DNA of 64,000 bases from Trichoplax adhaerens. Taxonomy: Eukaryota; Animalia; Placozoa. The DNA is taken from NCBI RefSeq assembly GCF_000150275.1, contig NW_002060957.1, positions 1,228,445-1,292,444 on the forward strand, read 5' to 3'. How positions within the stretch are numbered: position 1 is the first letter of the stretch; every line of letters starts with the position of its first letter. The notes under the pieces were generated by a model. That model was not told where the DNA came from. It made no database searches and saw only the letters and a program-made list of their open reading frames with translations. Position numbers and translations under genes: made by a program. Shown piece after piece: positions 40,167-55,384 of this stretch.

Positions 40167-41344
40167 ATGCTTAAGCTGTAGTCTGTAACACAGCCACTGT
40201 AGTAATATTAGCATTTTCGAAATGCCAGAACAAGCGCTAGTAGAGGTAAAAAAAAAGAGAAAGAGTTGTCCACCCTATTTCAACATATTGTAGACCCTGG
40301 CTCACATGTACAGTAGAGAGAATAGAAAAGGAAAGCCGATATTACAGCTCACAACGAGACCGACCACAAAGTCGAATTTACTTTAACCTTGCTATCGTTC
40401 ACATTCCAAAATAAATCACTTTTTCTCCTAATAGTAAAATATATGATTGTCTATTCTTTTCAATAAGGTAAAACTAAACTGCCATTCCATCACCCTATTT
40501 ATCCATTCCCAATAGCATCGTTCATGGTATTCTATTGCAGGTTATAAAATAAGGCGCCGAGTAATTTGAGCATAGCGCCTTCAAACTATGATTTGATCAT
40601 CATCATTAAAAAGCAAAATCAGCGATAGGATATTAAAGATGATCAATGGTAATCTTAATTCCTATCGTGCCACGATATTCAGTGAGACAGTATTGCAATG
40701 AGTTTATTATTGATGTTGACTGTGCTAATCAATGACTTTGGGACATTAGCAGTATTTATTTCCGCCATGTTCAGACGGTGATCATGATGCCTTTATTATC
40801 TATGATTCTTTCTGGACAGTGGAAGATATGGGATTGTATTACTGCTTCTTTCGCTTTGGAAAGACTTTCTTTATTGCTTGGCCTAGTTGAACAAATCATT
40901 TTCTATTTTATTTCCGTCTAGAATGTTGCACATGTGCGCTCTTTCTCATCATTGTAGAACTATTTCCATTTTCTCTATAGTATTGTTTACTAGAATGAAC
41001 AATACTAGTTATTTTAGTTATTTTTGTTTGCTTATTTCCAATGCATTGAATCAAAAATTCAATGAAAATTGTCGTCAATCATTCAACGATTACAATGAGT
41101 ACCGCCATAGCCTCTAGCTTTCTATTGGAAATATTTTATTATTGATGATTGTTGCTGCCGATATACGAGTATATTAGACCAATGACTCCATCGCCGATTA
41201 CTATCGTGAATTATTTATTACTTTTTTTCCCTATTTGATTTAGCTTACAAAAATGATCGAAAGACTAATACTGGCTTTCTTGTACTGCATGCAAGATCAA
41301 AATGTTCCATAATCGATTTCATGCAAGCGTGAATGGATCAGTTT

Positions 41345-41890
41345 CTCACTTTCCTGACCTATTTCAATTATCCTTTTAATAGGCAGTACGAGTATATTGT
41401 AAGCATGCATGCGAAACGAATAACCGAAATAAAACAATGGCAATATAAATTTAGATAGAATGCGAGCAATAACTCATTTTACTCATTTTAATAAGGTCCT
41501 GTCAAAATATTCATATAATAACTACAGTAGTATTTCTTATAAAAGTTCATTTTTTTGCATATAATTATATGCACCGCCTTAAAAAGACTGCAATACATAC
41601 TAAAATGTTATCTAGAAATAGCTCGATTTTAGTCCAGCATGATCACTTTCTCTACCCTATTTTAATTATCGCTGTCATTTATATTTTAAGGGTGCATGCA
41701 AGACCAATAATCTAAATGAATCGATTACAATATAAATTTAAATGTAATTGAAGCAATACATCATTTTACTCATTGCGATAAAGCCCTGCCATAATATTCA
41801 AACAAGAACTGCTATTTCTAGTAAAATTTCGCTTTATTGCATAGTCATTATCGCAAAAGACTACAACATATACTGTAAATATCATTAAAG
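41345..41890. repeat. Diverged direct duplication, ~300 bp x2
   Basis: TCACTTTC...CCTATTT...TGCATGC...CAATATAAATTTA...TCATTTTACTCATT...AAAAGACT recurs at ~41345-41620 and ~41643-41890. Confidence 0.7.
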
Positions 41891-42410
41891 ACTAGATACT
41901 GGTACTTGACAATCCAACCTTCAACTACTTTCTTTAAAATCTTATTACTTTAATCTTCAGCTAAGATACTAGCCGATATGACAATCCAGCATTCAACTGT
42001 TTTGGTTAAAATATGCAATTACTTCAATCTTTAGCAAAGATACTAGCCAGATAGGACAATCCAATGTTCAGCTACTTTGATTCAAATCAGATTACTTTAA
42101 TTTTTAGCGAAGATACTAGCACGATATGACAATCCAGCGTTCAATTACTTTCGTTATAATCTTATTACTTGAATCTTGAGTGAAGACGCTAGTACAATAT
42201 GACAATCCAGCGTTTAGCTACTTTTGTTGAAATCTTATTACTTTAATCTTCAGCTAATTACAACTGCTCTACACTCGTTTCCAATGGTAGATTAGAATAA
42301 TTATAAATTGGTATTCCCAAAATATCATCTACGAATTGATGCTAGCACAATAAGCCAATCTAAAGTTCAACTGTTATGACAAATCTTATCGTTTCGATCT
42401 TGAGCTAAGT
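41890..42410. repeat. Minisatellite, ~73-bp unit, 5 copies plus a decayed sixth
   Basis: The anchor GACAATCCA lies at 41908, 41980, 42055, 42128 and 42201 (periods 72-75). Consensus is approximately AAGATACTAGC-GATATGACAATCCAGCGTTCAACTACTTT...AATCTTATTACTTTAATCTTCAGCT. A decayed copy sits at ~42340-42410. Confidence 0.9.
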
Positions 42411-44829
42411 TGGGCTGCACTACACCCATTTTCAATAGTGGACTAAAGTAATTAAAAAAAAATAATCACAAAGTAATATCAAATTGCTTTCGCACGTATT
42501 TAGATCAAAATCACGCAATGCTGAAGAGATCATTTTCAAAATAAAATGTCATGCTTCTATGTCTTTCACTTCCTTATTCAATGCGCTTATTTCATTTTCT
42601 ATTGAGAACACCGTAACCTTCTTCAGGTAAGGCGAATAATGTGATAAAACAATTTGTCAAAGAAATGCAAAGAAAGAATAGGAGCATTTAAGTTATTATC
42701 ACGATGGCCTAGTAAGTAAATAAAATAGTCTTAAGTCAAAGGATATTATTATGGTAGTACAGCATTACTGTATAGCACAACGTTAACCCAGTTTGAAAGT
42801 AATCCATGTCATCGCTTTCACGTCTTACTGGTTTTTTGTCGGCTAAATCGTTTTGCGAAACGAATCCACTCATCAATAAGACAAGCGATAAAAATCAATT
42901 TGCAATCTAGTCCCAATTCAATTAGAATAGGAAAGCAATAGATCATTTTTCACCATTCTGAAAGATAGGCTAGTCACGAAAAATAAATACTTTTTATTCC
43001 ATCTTTTGATTCGTTACGCTGACTAATTTTACATAGTTATATTATCTGTACGTCTCTATTTTACTTATCCTTTCGCTATTTAGTGGGGGTATTTATTGAC
43101 TAATACAATAATTAGTTATTCAATGTTCTATTTGAAGGCTGCAATAGTAAAAATAGGGTATAAAAGATGATGCGCAGTTAAAAAATCATTGATTGTAATC
43201 ATTATTATTATTGTTAATGACGGGACTATTGGAGTATTATTGATATATTCCAACTCCTGAAGGCTGAAATATAGATATTATCAAAGCCGTACCATTCTTT
43301 CTTTAGTCAATTGGAATCATTAAAGTGTCACTTTGAATATCTTTTTTCCCCATTCCACAAAGTAAATGGTAGCGGCCATTGATTTTGTCGCGGATTCAAG
43401 ACGATCAATCATCGATCTGTTGCAGCAATAAGCAGTATTTTATCCCTTGTTATCAAGAAGGAAATTAACTTGAATTGGTTTACTTTCTAGATGATTTATT
43501 CAACATAATAATTATATAGACAGGCATTTAAAAATAAAGTGAACAAATACCATCTGATGTTGATACTACTATCCCCAAATTGAGGAAGATACCTTGCCGT
43601 AACACCTTTAAGCCATCGAAAAAAGTGCTTTCCTGTTCTAACAGTGGATTCTAATTTAATTTAATTTACGACCATTTACTTTCAACTTTCATTCACTTTA
43701 TCAATCAGAATAGGATATCAAGACTTCATTTCAATACATAGCAATTCGTTCGAAAAGTGAATATCCTTGAATAATACAGTAATTAGTTTTTCATTACAAT
43801 TTTGAGTCAATTTGCATCCTTTTAGTCTGTTAATGTGTTAAAAGATTCAAATTTGAATGTCTGTTTCTAGAATTGCTGCTATCGACTCAATGTGAACTGG
43901 ATGTTGGCACTTTCGTTGTGCTCTACTGACCCTTCAAAACCTACACTAATCCTACTGAAGGACTTGCATTTATACAGTAAAAGTAATTTAAATTGGCTAC
44001 CTCCCTATTGGAATAAGGACAGATCTAATTGAAAGACTATTTCATACCGTTATACAAGTTCTTCTGGTGATCTACAAACGAATAAGTGTAGCCTACATTA
44101 TCCAATTCGACAGGCAGTGAAATCATTGATTTCAATGGTTAAATTCATAAAAATAGAAAGGTGTCCTGCTATGATCATAATATTTTAATTGGAAAGGACC
44201 ATTGCTTCATTGGTGAAACATATTGACATTTAGATCTTGTCAATTATCACGTTGTCAACATTTTATCATCTTAGTAATACGCAATCCATATCGCAAGAAC
44301 GTATTGTTCCTGCTATCATTTATCCAACTACTAAGTTTACTGATAGAACTGATTGTGGCATCCAAGTTTGACAACGTCGCCGTTGAATTATAAAATAAAT
44401 AGTATTAATTCGTCACTGGAAATTAGTCCTATGATTTATAAAACTATTCATCAATGAATAAGTCGCTGTAAGAGTGAATAATCGAGAAAGTAAAAGGTAA
44501 AGTTTTCCATTTCTATTTTAAATTCTTTCTACCAATTTTTAACTTTAATCTAATTGATTCAATAAATGATCAGCCTAATTTTATAACGTCTTAGCCGACG
44601 TTGGCTTTCGCTTTAAAGTAACACTTCACCATTTCTGCAATTTATACAGGAAATTTATTCTTCTCACCAGTTATTTTAGAAAGTAGCTTATTTAGTCCAT
44701 TTATACACTTTTGAGGCAAAAGATTTTATTGCCATGTCTGTGATTGATCATTGTTTCCTAAATCTTATTCCCTTAACCAAAGAAGAGTAAAATTTTCTCT
44801 TAATTATATGTGCAATATTGTCTTTGATG

Positions 44830-45200
44830 CATGACCATGACTACACTTCCCTATTTCGCAGTGTCCAATTAAAATTTTGTCGAGAAATTAATCCTTCAAC
44901 TTTTCATGAAATTGATATATTATTTACCACTCAGTTTTAAAGGATTATTACCACTAACTGAAACATACTTAATACGATTGAATAATTCATTTATCATTTA
45001 TTATTTTTTCTGGATGATATGGACTGTGCTTTCCTCCATTTTGCAGCGTTCAATTGAAATACTGTCTAGAAATTAATCCTTCAATTTCCCACGAATTTGA
45101 TATATTGTATATTTCTTTCAGTCTCAAAAGATCATCGCAAAAAATTGTAGCATTGGTGCTATCATTGAAAGACTCATTTTATCATTTTATATCCAATTGG
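44830..45200. repeat. Diverged tandem duplication, ~185 bp x2
   Basis: TGTC(G/T)AGAAATTAATCCTTCAA...TTGATATATT...TCATTT(T)ATCATTT appears twice (~44878 and ~45063). Confidence 0.7.
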
Positions 45201-48200
45201 AAGCAATTTTAACGGTACTACTATGATCAATAGCTATTTTTGAGTTTGTTTATAAGCAACTAAAATGGCTCATATCGAGTAAAAGTGTGTATTTCACGCT
45301 GTTATAGTGTCCAAACGTAAAATAATTACTCTACTCTTTTTGATTCAAAGTCAGCCACTAATTATGGACTCAATCATGCTGAAAATGGATTTTCATTGAG
45401 TTATTATAAAGTGTTGTATTAGACAGTTCAATACGTTAATGGATTGATTCGTTCATAAAGTAAAGCGGCTGCCAATACAATTTTACTCATTTTTCCTGAC
45501 AGTTCTTTTTAATTGGCTCTTTTAAACAGTGTCAAGGATCTCATATACCATTGGAAGTTAAGATCATTGGATTAAAGATTTTGAACCTAATCATTAAAGC
45601 AGAAGAATATTATACAATCTATTTTCACAGTTTTGAAATTGAGAAAGAAAGAATCAGGTAAGTCATTATCAATACAATTTAAACTCTTTGAAATATTTCC
45701 CTTGATCAACATTTTCAATCTCTGTCGTTGTTAAAATCCAATATGGCCACAGAAATAATTCTACTACAACTGTTCATAGTAAATCAATACTTTTAAGAGT
45801 ATAAACATACTGCATTTATTAGCACAACATAGGTTAAAGTGAGATAAAGGGATATTCTTTTTCGTATTATTGCTTACTATTGTTCAAGTGTTTGGAAACT
45901 ATTTACCTCAAAGATGTAAAAATGAAGTCATTCTTCTTGTCAAAGCAGTAAAAATGTAATCGTTTCTTATCAACAATGCCAATTTAATGTATTTTAGATC
46001 ACTAACATTGGATATACCCCATCGAGATTGAGTACTGAATTCTTGTAAAGTAAAACCTTCACAAATAGCTAAAAATCAACGCATTTCGATTAAGCTATGA
46101 ATATCATTCTTAAATTAAAAGCAGCGTAATCAGAAAGCAACTAAATAATGGTATAAAATGATTCCGTTGACAGATGGAGGACTTAAAATTAGCTTCTGTT
46201 CATGTTCAAAACTTTCTTATTACCGTATATATCGACCATAAATTGTCATCAATGTGTTATACATTGCAATAAATGATCACAGGAACTATTTAAAGAGTAT
46301 AACAACATTCATGATTGATGATAAAAGTACTATTAAGTATTAAATTAATTTTTCAGCTATATAGTACATCATGACAAAACTAAAAACTGAAAGTCGGATC
46401 GTCTTCTAGTGAATTTTAATGACAAAATTTGAATTTCAACTTTAGCACATCCCTTGAAAACATGACAACTATGGGTACACGGAGAAATTCTCAATAAAAG
46501 TAAAGTAATTTTGACTGTCTATTTTTATGCTCCAATATTAAATATGTAAACTTTCGAAGAACCAGAGAAATAGCTTGCTATCATCTTAAAGTTGAAATCC
46601 TATTCAAATGGATTTTGATTTATAACCCAGTGACCAAACTTTGTTGAGTCAATGACGCAGTAACTCGGTAAAGTAACTAATTTTCCATTTTTTTACTAGG
46701 AAAATGCAGTAATTAAATAAATCAGCTTGTTGATAAAGTCTTACTTGCTTGAGAATAAATTCTCAATATACGTATTGATTTATTTCCGCAGCTGTATTAA
46801 TTAGGTAATAGAATCCTTAGGGATCCAGTTTTCTTACATGTATACCGTAATAAGAATAGTTTACCAATTGAGATTCTTTTTTTACTGCTTTAAACATCGA
46901 ATTAATTAAACATGGTGATACATTATTATATTATTACGCTGTACCATTGTTAGTTTATTTGTATAACCATGATACTGAATAGTTTTCACTCCTATTAAAC
47001 TGAAAATCAAGCAGAATTCCTCTATGCTTATTAGTAAATGAATACTTATTACTTTTCAGCTCTAGTAATTAGATGTTCATCATGACCAACCATGATTGTA
47101 ACAATAACAGAAAGGTACAGATAGCTTTAAAGTTAATTCTCGATGATGTGAAATCTTTAATTTAATTTCGTAGCCGCTTCCTAGGATAAGAAACTGTTGT
47201 GTAATTTTAAAATGCTACTATAGAATAAGTAAATAACCATGGAATCTAACTTATTCATTTCATTAACGAAGAGCGAATCTCATATTTCTGTTAATAAATC
47301 ATTTCAGTCATCCATCTGAATTTTAAATCCAATTTGTCTTCAAATCATTCTTCTAACTTTAAATAATTATCCATTAATTTCTGATACAAGTTTAATCACG
47401 TTCTTTTCGTACTGTGCAATTTTAACCTTATAAACATGATTAGTTGACTACACAAAGCATAGTGTTTAGCATACCTCCTCAAAAGGTCTTGCAAATCCAA
47501 CGCTATAATTTTAAGACTTAAATAATAATGCTGGGAAAATGTTATTATCCATGACGATATGGACTAAACTTTGAGTGCTCTTCGATAAAAAAAATGATTT
47601 GGGAAGTTTTTGCAATATCTACTCTATACCAATGGCTACCGTAGCTTCGATTAAATGGCTAGACTAATCATAAGTAATGGCACAGGTTAAACAAAAAATC
47701 TGCCCAATAGTAAGTCCATTTCATTCCCGTTCGTGGATTAAAGCATCTTGTAAAGTTCTTAATGACAGCGTGGAACGACAAGAATGGTATTATTTGATCT
47801 TAATATTAAGGTCCCTTATAAGGACTGCTATAAATAATTAGGAAATCGATTCTAACTTAACACTTTCCAAGAAATTTTCTACCTGTATATTCAATAAATG
47901 TTCATTTTCCAATTGTTGGCATGATTATGTTATTAACAGTAATCTATGGAGTCCATCTTGACCAGGTTTATTATCTTGTTTAATGAATTTTTGAAAGCAA
48001 TTTTTCTGAACTATAATTATCAACTGTCAACTGTGCTATCTTAATTTCATTTCTTAGTCTAGAAATAATATCTAATTACAAGTTTTCCTTACTATCGATG
48101 ATCCAAAGTGATTCATAACCTGAATAAAATTTTCAGGGATGACTACAATGGTACCATCATAACAGTACAGTGACTAGTAGTCTATAAATTATCGAAACCG

Positions 48201-48736
48201 AATCGTAAAATATTCGGGATAAGAATAAACCCTAGGGAAATGATCAAACTGTTGATACTTTATCAATAATAGTAGGCAAAGTGTTAATTGGATTTTCGAG
48301 ATGGAATTACATTTACTGTAATGCTAAATTGCTCCAGTCTTTGTTAGTTTATTTATTGCATTTAGTTGAGGCGCAGCTTTTCCTTGAAATCGATAATCGT
48401 AGTAGTCTTCAATAAAATATTGGTCTACAGGTTTAAGGTATGCTAGTATTCGTCAATAAGTAAGTCACCACTATCGGTTCAATTTGACAGTAAACATATT
48501 CTTCTCTTGCTTATTACCATTTACATGGAATGCATATAAAATCAGTTTTGGTCATGATGAACTAGATACAATCATATTTTGAACTGTTAACTAGTCATGA
48601 ATAAGCGAGATGGCAAGTCAAAATGAAACAGACCGATGACTTTTAATGCTACTAAACTAGTTTAGATTGGATTACAGTTCAGTTCTATTCGTGCAATACT
48701 TACAACATAAGAAAAGACAAAAATTTACCGATAAGT

Positions 48737-49325
48737 AATCTATTTTTTTTTATTTATTTTATTCATTAAAATGCTCAGTAGGCTTTCACATTTGGTCATT
48801 AAATACTGGTAAAGGTTATTGAATTGATTGAATATATATAATATTCATTGATGGTGTACTCATTCAGATGGCTTTCATTTCTAGTATACTCTATTCTAAA
48901 ACTAAACTTTGATATCGTGACAAACAACTCATAAAATCTAGTTTGTTTTTATTTATTTGTCTTCATAATAATACTTAGCAGACTCTCAATTTTGGTCATT
49001 AAATGCAGGTAGAAGTGATTGAATCGATTGAATAAATATATTCTCCATTGATAGAGTACTCATTAAGATGGTTTTTATTTCAACTACGCTCCATTCTGAA
49101 ACTAAATTCTGACATCATGACATACAACCCATGTAATCTAGTTTGCTTTCATTTATTTATATTCATAAACTTGCTCAGTAGACTTTCATTTCTGCTCATT
49201 AAATGTTAGTAAAAGCTATTGAATCGATTGATTAAATATAATATTCATTAATAGCGTACTTGTCCAGATCGCTTTTAATTCAACTGTATTCTATTCTGAG
49301 ACTAAACACTGATAACATGACATAT
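48737..49325. repeat. Tandem repeat, 3 copies of ~200 bp
   Basis: AATCTA anchors at ~48737, 48935 and 49135. Shared blocks are TCATTAAAT...ATTGAAT(T/C)GATTGA...GTACT...AGAT...ATTCT...ACTAAA. Confidence 0.9.
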
Positions 49326-52300
49326 GTGAATATTTGCTTATATTAAATTCGTAGCTATTATTTTGCTCTTGTTTAATTATTTCCATATGAAAATTCCCTG
49401 ATGAATTCTACAAACGACAAAACCACAATAAAACTCTTATAATATTACTGTTTAATCATTACACTTATTTAACAACATCCGATACAACAAACTGGATCCT
49501 TTATTTTATTGAATAATCACGTCGGACCAAGTTTTTTATTAGGTGTACTATCATAGCTTCTCAGGCAAATCTCAGGCAGGCTGCCATAGCGATCTTTTTA
49601 TATAGAGAATCCTTAAATGAGAGCTATTTCCTTACCAGAAAAATTATCATGTCGCTAAAACCCTCCTTACTTTATATATTGTCAAGATCTTAACTTTGGT
49701 ATAAGCTACTCCTTTAATGCAGCTACACGAACTGAATAAATAAGCTTTATTTAAGCTAGCCATTTCTAACGTAAAAATTTTCCATAAATTGCTCTGTAGG
49801 TAGTCTTATAAAAAGTAATTAGACCTTTTAAACAACGATTTTATAGGTGATTTTATTTTTGCAACCTAATTTTAATGTAATGAGTATCTATTGTATAGGG
49901 TATATTCCTTTCAAAAATTGGCCATCACATCCAGACTGCTTATTTTACATGAACTGACCATGAATAATGATATTCATTGTTGAATTATTACTACAATATA
50001 GCTACTAATTATTCTTAGTTTAATTCTCTTTTTATTTCTTACATATGCTAGTGTAGTCATTTCTTGAATTAATTGACAAATTGTTATCTAAGCATCATAG
50101 TGCTAAATTGTCATTATGCAGAGCAGGATCTCGCCGTTATAAACCAGTACGTTAATTACAGCGTATCATGACCATATATTATCATACAAACTTTCTTTTG
50201 CTAATTTATAAGCGTCAAGCAAATCCACTCTGTAAATTTAAAGCATTATCCAGTAGTTTACTTGGTTCGTCATTTATTTTATGAAAGTTTACATCCATAG
50301 GCCACTTATCTTCTATATAGCAACACTGATTCTATAGTATGCATGTTAAATAGGGATAATGACCGAATAGCCCTAATTATAACTGTCAGCGCATTTCGTT
50401 GTTAGTCTTAGCAACTCCTACCTCGTGGGTCTATTCATTATCTTAAGTATATACAAAGCAGATGTTTTGGAATATCTGTATCTGCTATATGTACACATAG
50501 ATACTTATATGAGACTTGTATTTCGTCACAGAATAGCTCTTAAACAGTTTTCTTATTCCTTTCAGGCGTATATTTAGCAATTTATTTATGAATTCTAAAC
50601 AATTTAATAGCTAGAACAATTGCTGTTTATGTTGCTAGTTAGAGTATTAATTCATTTATTCGCATAAGTACCGAAAAAGGGCAACAATATATCACGAAAT
50701 AATCATAAATCTTTATATTGGCAAATTCTAAAGCATAAAATGTGTTGCAATTGTATTAAAGTATTATTTAAAATTCTTACATTGCTATTATAAAATGAAT
50801 AATTTCATACTACTCTATAGTTAGAAAATGTGATTACACTTGATCAAGTAAGCTTCCCCGTTCGAACTGCTACCGATGACTTTCATTCAATTTTGATACT
50901 AAAACTATTTTGATTTTTTTCTAAATTAACAAATTCAACCTACTTTATCGTACTTTCATTGTTATATCGACTAACCATAATTGTTTTATAACCTTTAGCT
51001 AGTTAACTTACTTAAGGTATACTGTTATTAATTAATATCACTCCAATTTACAATACATAGTCCTCTCTATGATGAATCCTACCAAAATGCTGAGTTTGTC
51101 TACCTTGATAAGCAATGCGAGCATAAGTATTTTACAAACTTACAATAAACGATGATAAGAGCAGTCAGACTTATAAAAGACTACGAGGATCTTTATTTAT
51201 GTAACTAAGAAACAATGCTAAATTGAATACAGCTGATGATTATAATTTTAGCCTAATGTGAAATAGAACTATCAGTCAGAAAATTAATAATAATCTCTTG
51301 CAGACACTTAATGTTCGATTTGAATGCTGGTACTGGAATATTATATTACCTTCGATTTTAAGTGGAGGAAATCAATCTGTTAGTGCCTTATAATAGCTAT
51401 AAATAGTTAAAATCACGTACCAATTTCTACAAAGTTCGTCTTAGAAATAGGTGAATAGAAATAGTAAATACATCCTTTCATAGCGGCTACAAAATAAGTA
51501 CCAATTACCATTATTTTTGTACAGTATTTTCCCGATTATGTTCAGGCGTAGAAAATCAATCTTTTAAATCTCTTTAGTCATTACATAATTCAAATGACAC
51601 ATTGATCTCGATTAATATATTATTATTTTCGGTTCATCTTTAAATATACTTCCTGGATTTTCACTATATGTAAATAGGGTGTATGATTGTACAAGAAGAG
51701 TAGGGGGGAAAGTATCAGATTTATTCTCAAGTGTTTCTATTAAATTAAAATTGTGTTAGCGCTTGATTGGGCATATTATCTTGGTTACGACTAATTTACT
51801 TCCTAATTATATATAGAACATGTTCATAATTAGCTATTGCAACCATCTCGAATGTTTAGCAAAAACATTTCATTTTCTACAAGCCTAGGCTAGTAAAATA
51901 TCTTTTTCAAAAAATATTAGTTGCATTGAATTTGTCCACGAAAATAGCAATACAATCATTACTCCGAGCGCTAAATACATTTAATATCATTAATACGATA
52001 TTACTCGTAAATTTCCTTTATATCCACTAATGAGACTGTTTAACATATCAGTTTGCGTACTGTCATTCGTTGATGTATCCAAAAAAATTAAATTGGAAAT
52101 GAAGCAAACTTACCGTATTGGACTAATTTAATATCTGAATAAAACAATAACAGTAAAAAGTTTAGGTTGGGTACTTTTGCCATCATTCCTATAATTAGTC
52201 TACGATAATAAAATCTAAGCGTGATAGTACGTGGCAATCGATCATTTTTATACTGTTGATTTAGTTGTGATTATTTAATGAACAGATGGAATAGTTGATT

Positions 52301-55300
52301 TTTATTAGTATTATTGTCTTTTTTTCCTATTCAACCTTGATTGCTATGCAATATTCATTTGTGTCTCATTTACATTGATCGTATCATTAAAAATGTTACG
52401 AAAGCTATTCTTTACCTAATTGGATACTACATTTTTAATATGGACAAGTGGATAATATAAACCAACTTGACTATACAATAAACACCTTTAATTTGATAAA
52501 TAATTAGTTCGAATTCTACCGAAAACGACATCGCTTCCACATTTTCAGTTCATTAAGGTAGGATTAATTTCGATATTTTACACTAATTTATAAATGAAGT
52601 CGCTTGTAGAGGAAATAACTGATCTTCAATTTATAATTATGGAGTAAATTACTACAAATATTTTATTTATGAGTTTATAATTATAATAAAATAAGGATGG
52701 AGGGATATTTTTTGCAAGGTAGTGTAGTACTTTTGCCGATGTTTTATTATTTAGTTAATATTTTTCAATAGCAGACAATCTCTGAAATTTACATACAACC
52801 CCAGCTCATCCTATATATTTTTCCCTGCCTTTCTCACAGAAAGTTTTTTAATTATCATTGACCCCTTAACCGTATATAATGCGAAATAATATATCAATTT
52901 ACTCGTATAACTAATATTCTCGCCATAGTTGTATTTCGTTTTACAATATGATAAAGTATCGATGCTTTATACAGAAATAAATTGCAAACCTATGGGCATT
53001 GATTTGTAGAATAATTTGCAACTCGGTCTACTTCGAAAAAAGATCTATAGAACAAGTTCCCCCTATAAACGGTTTATGTACATCTTTGGTTTTTATTTGA
53101 CATTTCGTCATTCAAAATTTACATTCTATTTGCAATTTATCCAAAAAATACTTCTTGAACTGAATAAAATAATAATTTTTTGTCAATTCCCAAGATTGTT
53201 AAAAGGAATATATGCATCCTTTCGCGTCTTTCGTATCAAGGCACCTTAATCTACGCTTTTCTAAGGAATATGTATCCAATTTATAAGCGATTTTTGTGAA
53301 GTTAATGATATATGAGGATATTCATTAAAATTTCTGATTTGGTTCTTCATTTTGACTCTGAAAAAATCCATGGTGGTATATATGTTACTATATATATATA
53401 CATAAATACGTGTATGCATTCTTTGCTGTATTATTAAAGATTGTGTTGAGTTTGCTTCTTTTATAGAGCTTGTAGTTAATTCCTGAGCTATTATGATGAA
53501 GTTAGCGACATATCTTGAGGATACTGAATAAAATCTTTCTATTGAATCTCCTTTCAGCTGGGCCAATATATATTTATTCTTTCGCGCATTATTTAGCATT
53601 GTGACTTAGTTTACACCGTTCTGAGGAACGCTTGAACAATTTACTCGAATAAGTGATTACGATTAAGCTCGTAAAATTTTAAGGATACCGATTAAAGTTT
53701 TCCTATCAAATCTTCATTTTAACTTTGCTCTACTGCATTCTGTAACATTTCTTATAAAAATCATGTCATATTTTAGCTGGATTAGGTATCATTGTGAACT
53801 GTAGTATTAGTGTATAACTAGTTCTTAATAAAAGTCATTGACCAAGATACAGTAAATTTATCGTATTGATCTACCTCTTAAAAGCATTAGCTAGCAAGGA
53901 TATTTTTTACAATCAACATTCAAGATTGATAAAATTTATATTAGAAATTGTCGAAAAAATAGATTCCTTTTGGCGAAGAAAGTTCCGTTTAGACTGAAAG
54001 GGCATTAATACCATTATTTTACTGCTTCGGAAGAGGATGTTACGCTAGTCTAGTATAGATTGAACAAATGATCAACCAATTGTTGACGAATTTACCGAAA
54101 GCTAATGATACAATTATAAATGATTTACTGACAATTTTACTGTAATGAATAGTTTTCCTTTCTTTTAACTCTTTTCCATCACTAAATTAGGGAATAAATG
54201 ACTCACTGATTCGCATGAGACATTTTCCTATGTTTACTTGTAATATTTTTAAGAAAGGTTTCTTCGATGGTTCATGATGGAAAACGAGATATATTTTGGA
54301 GCGCAATAAAATAGCTGTACTATCTGATAAAAATACAGTTTATTGCTTCAACAACATTCGTGAGTTCTCCAAGAAATTCAGAGAGCCATATGCGAATATA
54401 TTACATGCGATAGTTTAATGGGCGTATAGAAATAATTACAACATCAGAGTTGTTTTGGTGTGAATAAGGCGGTAGTACTTTAGAAAAAAAGAGAGCTATA
54501 ATGGGATTTAACAGCAGCTATTATCTTCTGTGCCGTTAAGACTACAAGAATGCAGACAGTCTTTAAATATTTATTAGACAGTAATTCTAAAACGAAAAAT
54601 ATTGAAGCAAAATGGTATAAAAATCAGTTACAGAACTACATGATCTGTATGCCATTGACTTTGTCAACGAGAAGGAACGCTCTTCCATTTTGAATTTTAT
54701 TATAAAGGATTGGTGACAAAATGTAAGGTGTACTTGTTTTACGGGCATTTGATGATTTAAAGTTATCTATTAATTGATTATTCTCATGGACGTTGAATCT
54801 TTACTTTTGATAGTGTAAATTTTTTTGTCATTACATTGAATCAAATTGATTGTTGACAGCAAACAAGAGTAGAAAATAAAGGTGCACACGAACTAATTGA
54901 GATCAGAAACAAGTTAATCATGATAGTGGAGCTCAATTCTTAAAATTTTATTAAATTTATACTTTACTGATGTATTTTCCAGCTTGATTTTCGATAGCGG
55001 TGTTTAAAGACAAGAACAGATGGTAACCATTGTTATTCTTGACATTTGTTATGTACAAGGAAATATTCTTTTTACAATAGTGACGATAGTGCTAGGCAGT
55101 AATTCTACTTTAATCGTAAGATATTATCTAGTCCTTGGCTATTTTGAGACGATTAAATTAACCACGGCAATTGATTCTATTTGTTTTGCTTCCTTTCATC
55201 TGAAATATACCGCTATGTCAATGATAAAGTACTCAAACTATTGGTTAGGGATTTCAAATTTAACGAGTCGTTTAATTTTTTTAATGATAATTTTGAAGTT

Positions 55301-55384
55301 AGAAAATGTTCTAAGAAAGATTTAACAAGCGAAGAATTTTCATTCATCAGTGCAACATTTTTAATATGAGTGTTACACTCTATT

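Noticed and set aside
41890-42260. CRISPR-like array (regular ~73-bp period with a conserved GACAATCCA core)
   Set aside because: The whole unit is homologous between copies, so there are no unique spacers. No cas genes are present and the context is intron-containing eukaryotic DNA. It is a minisatellite.
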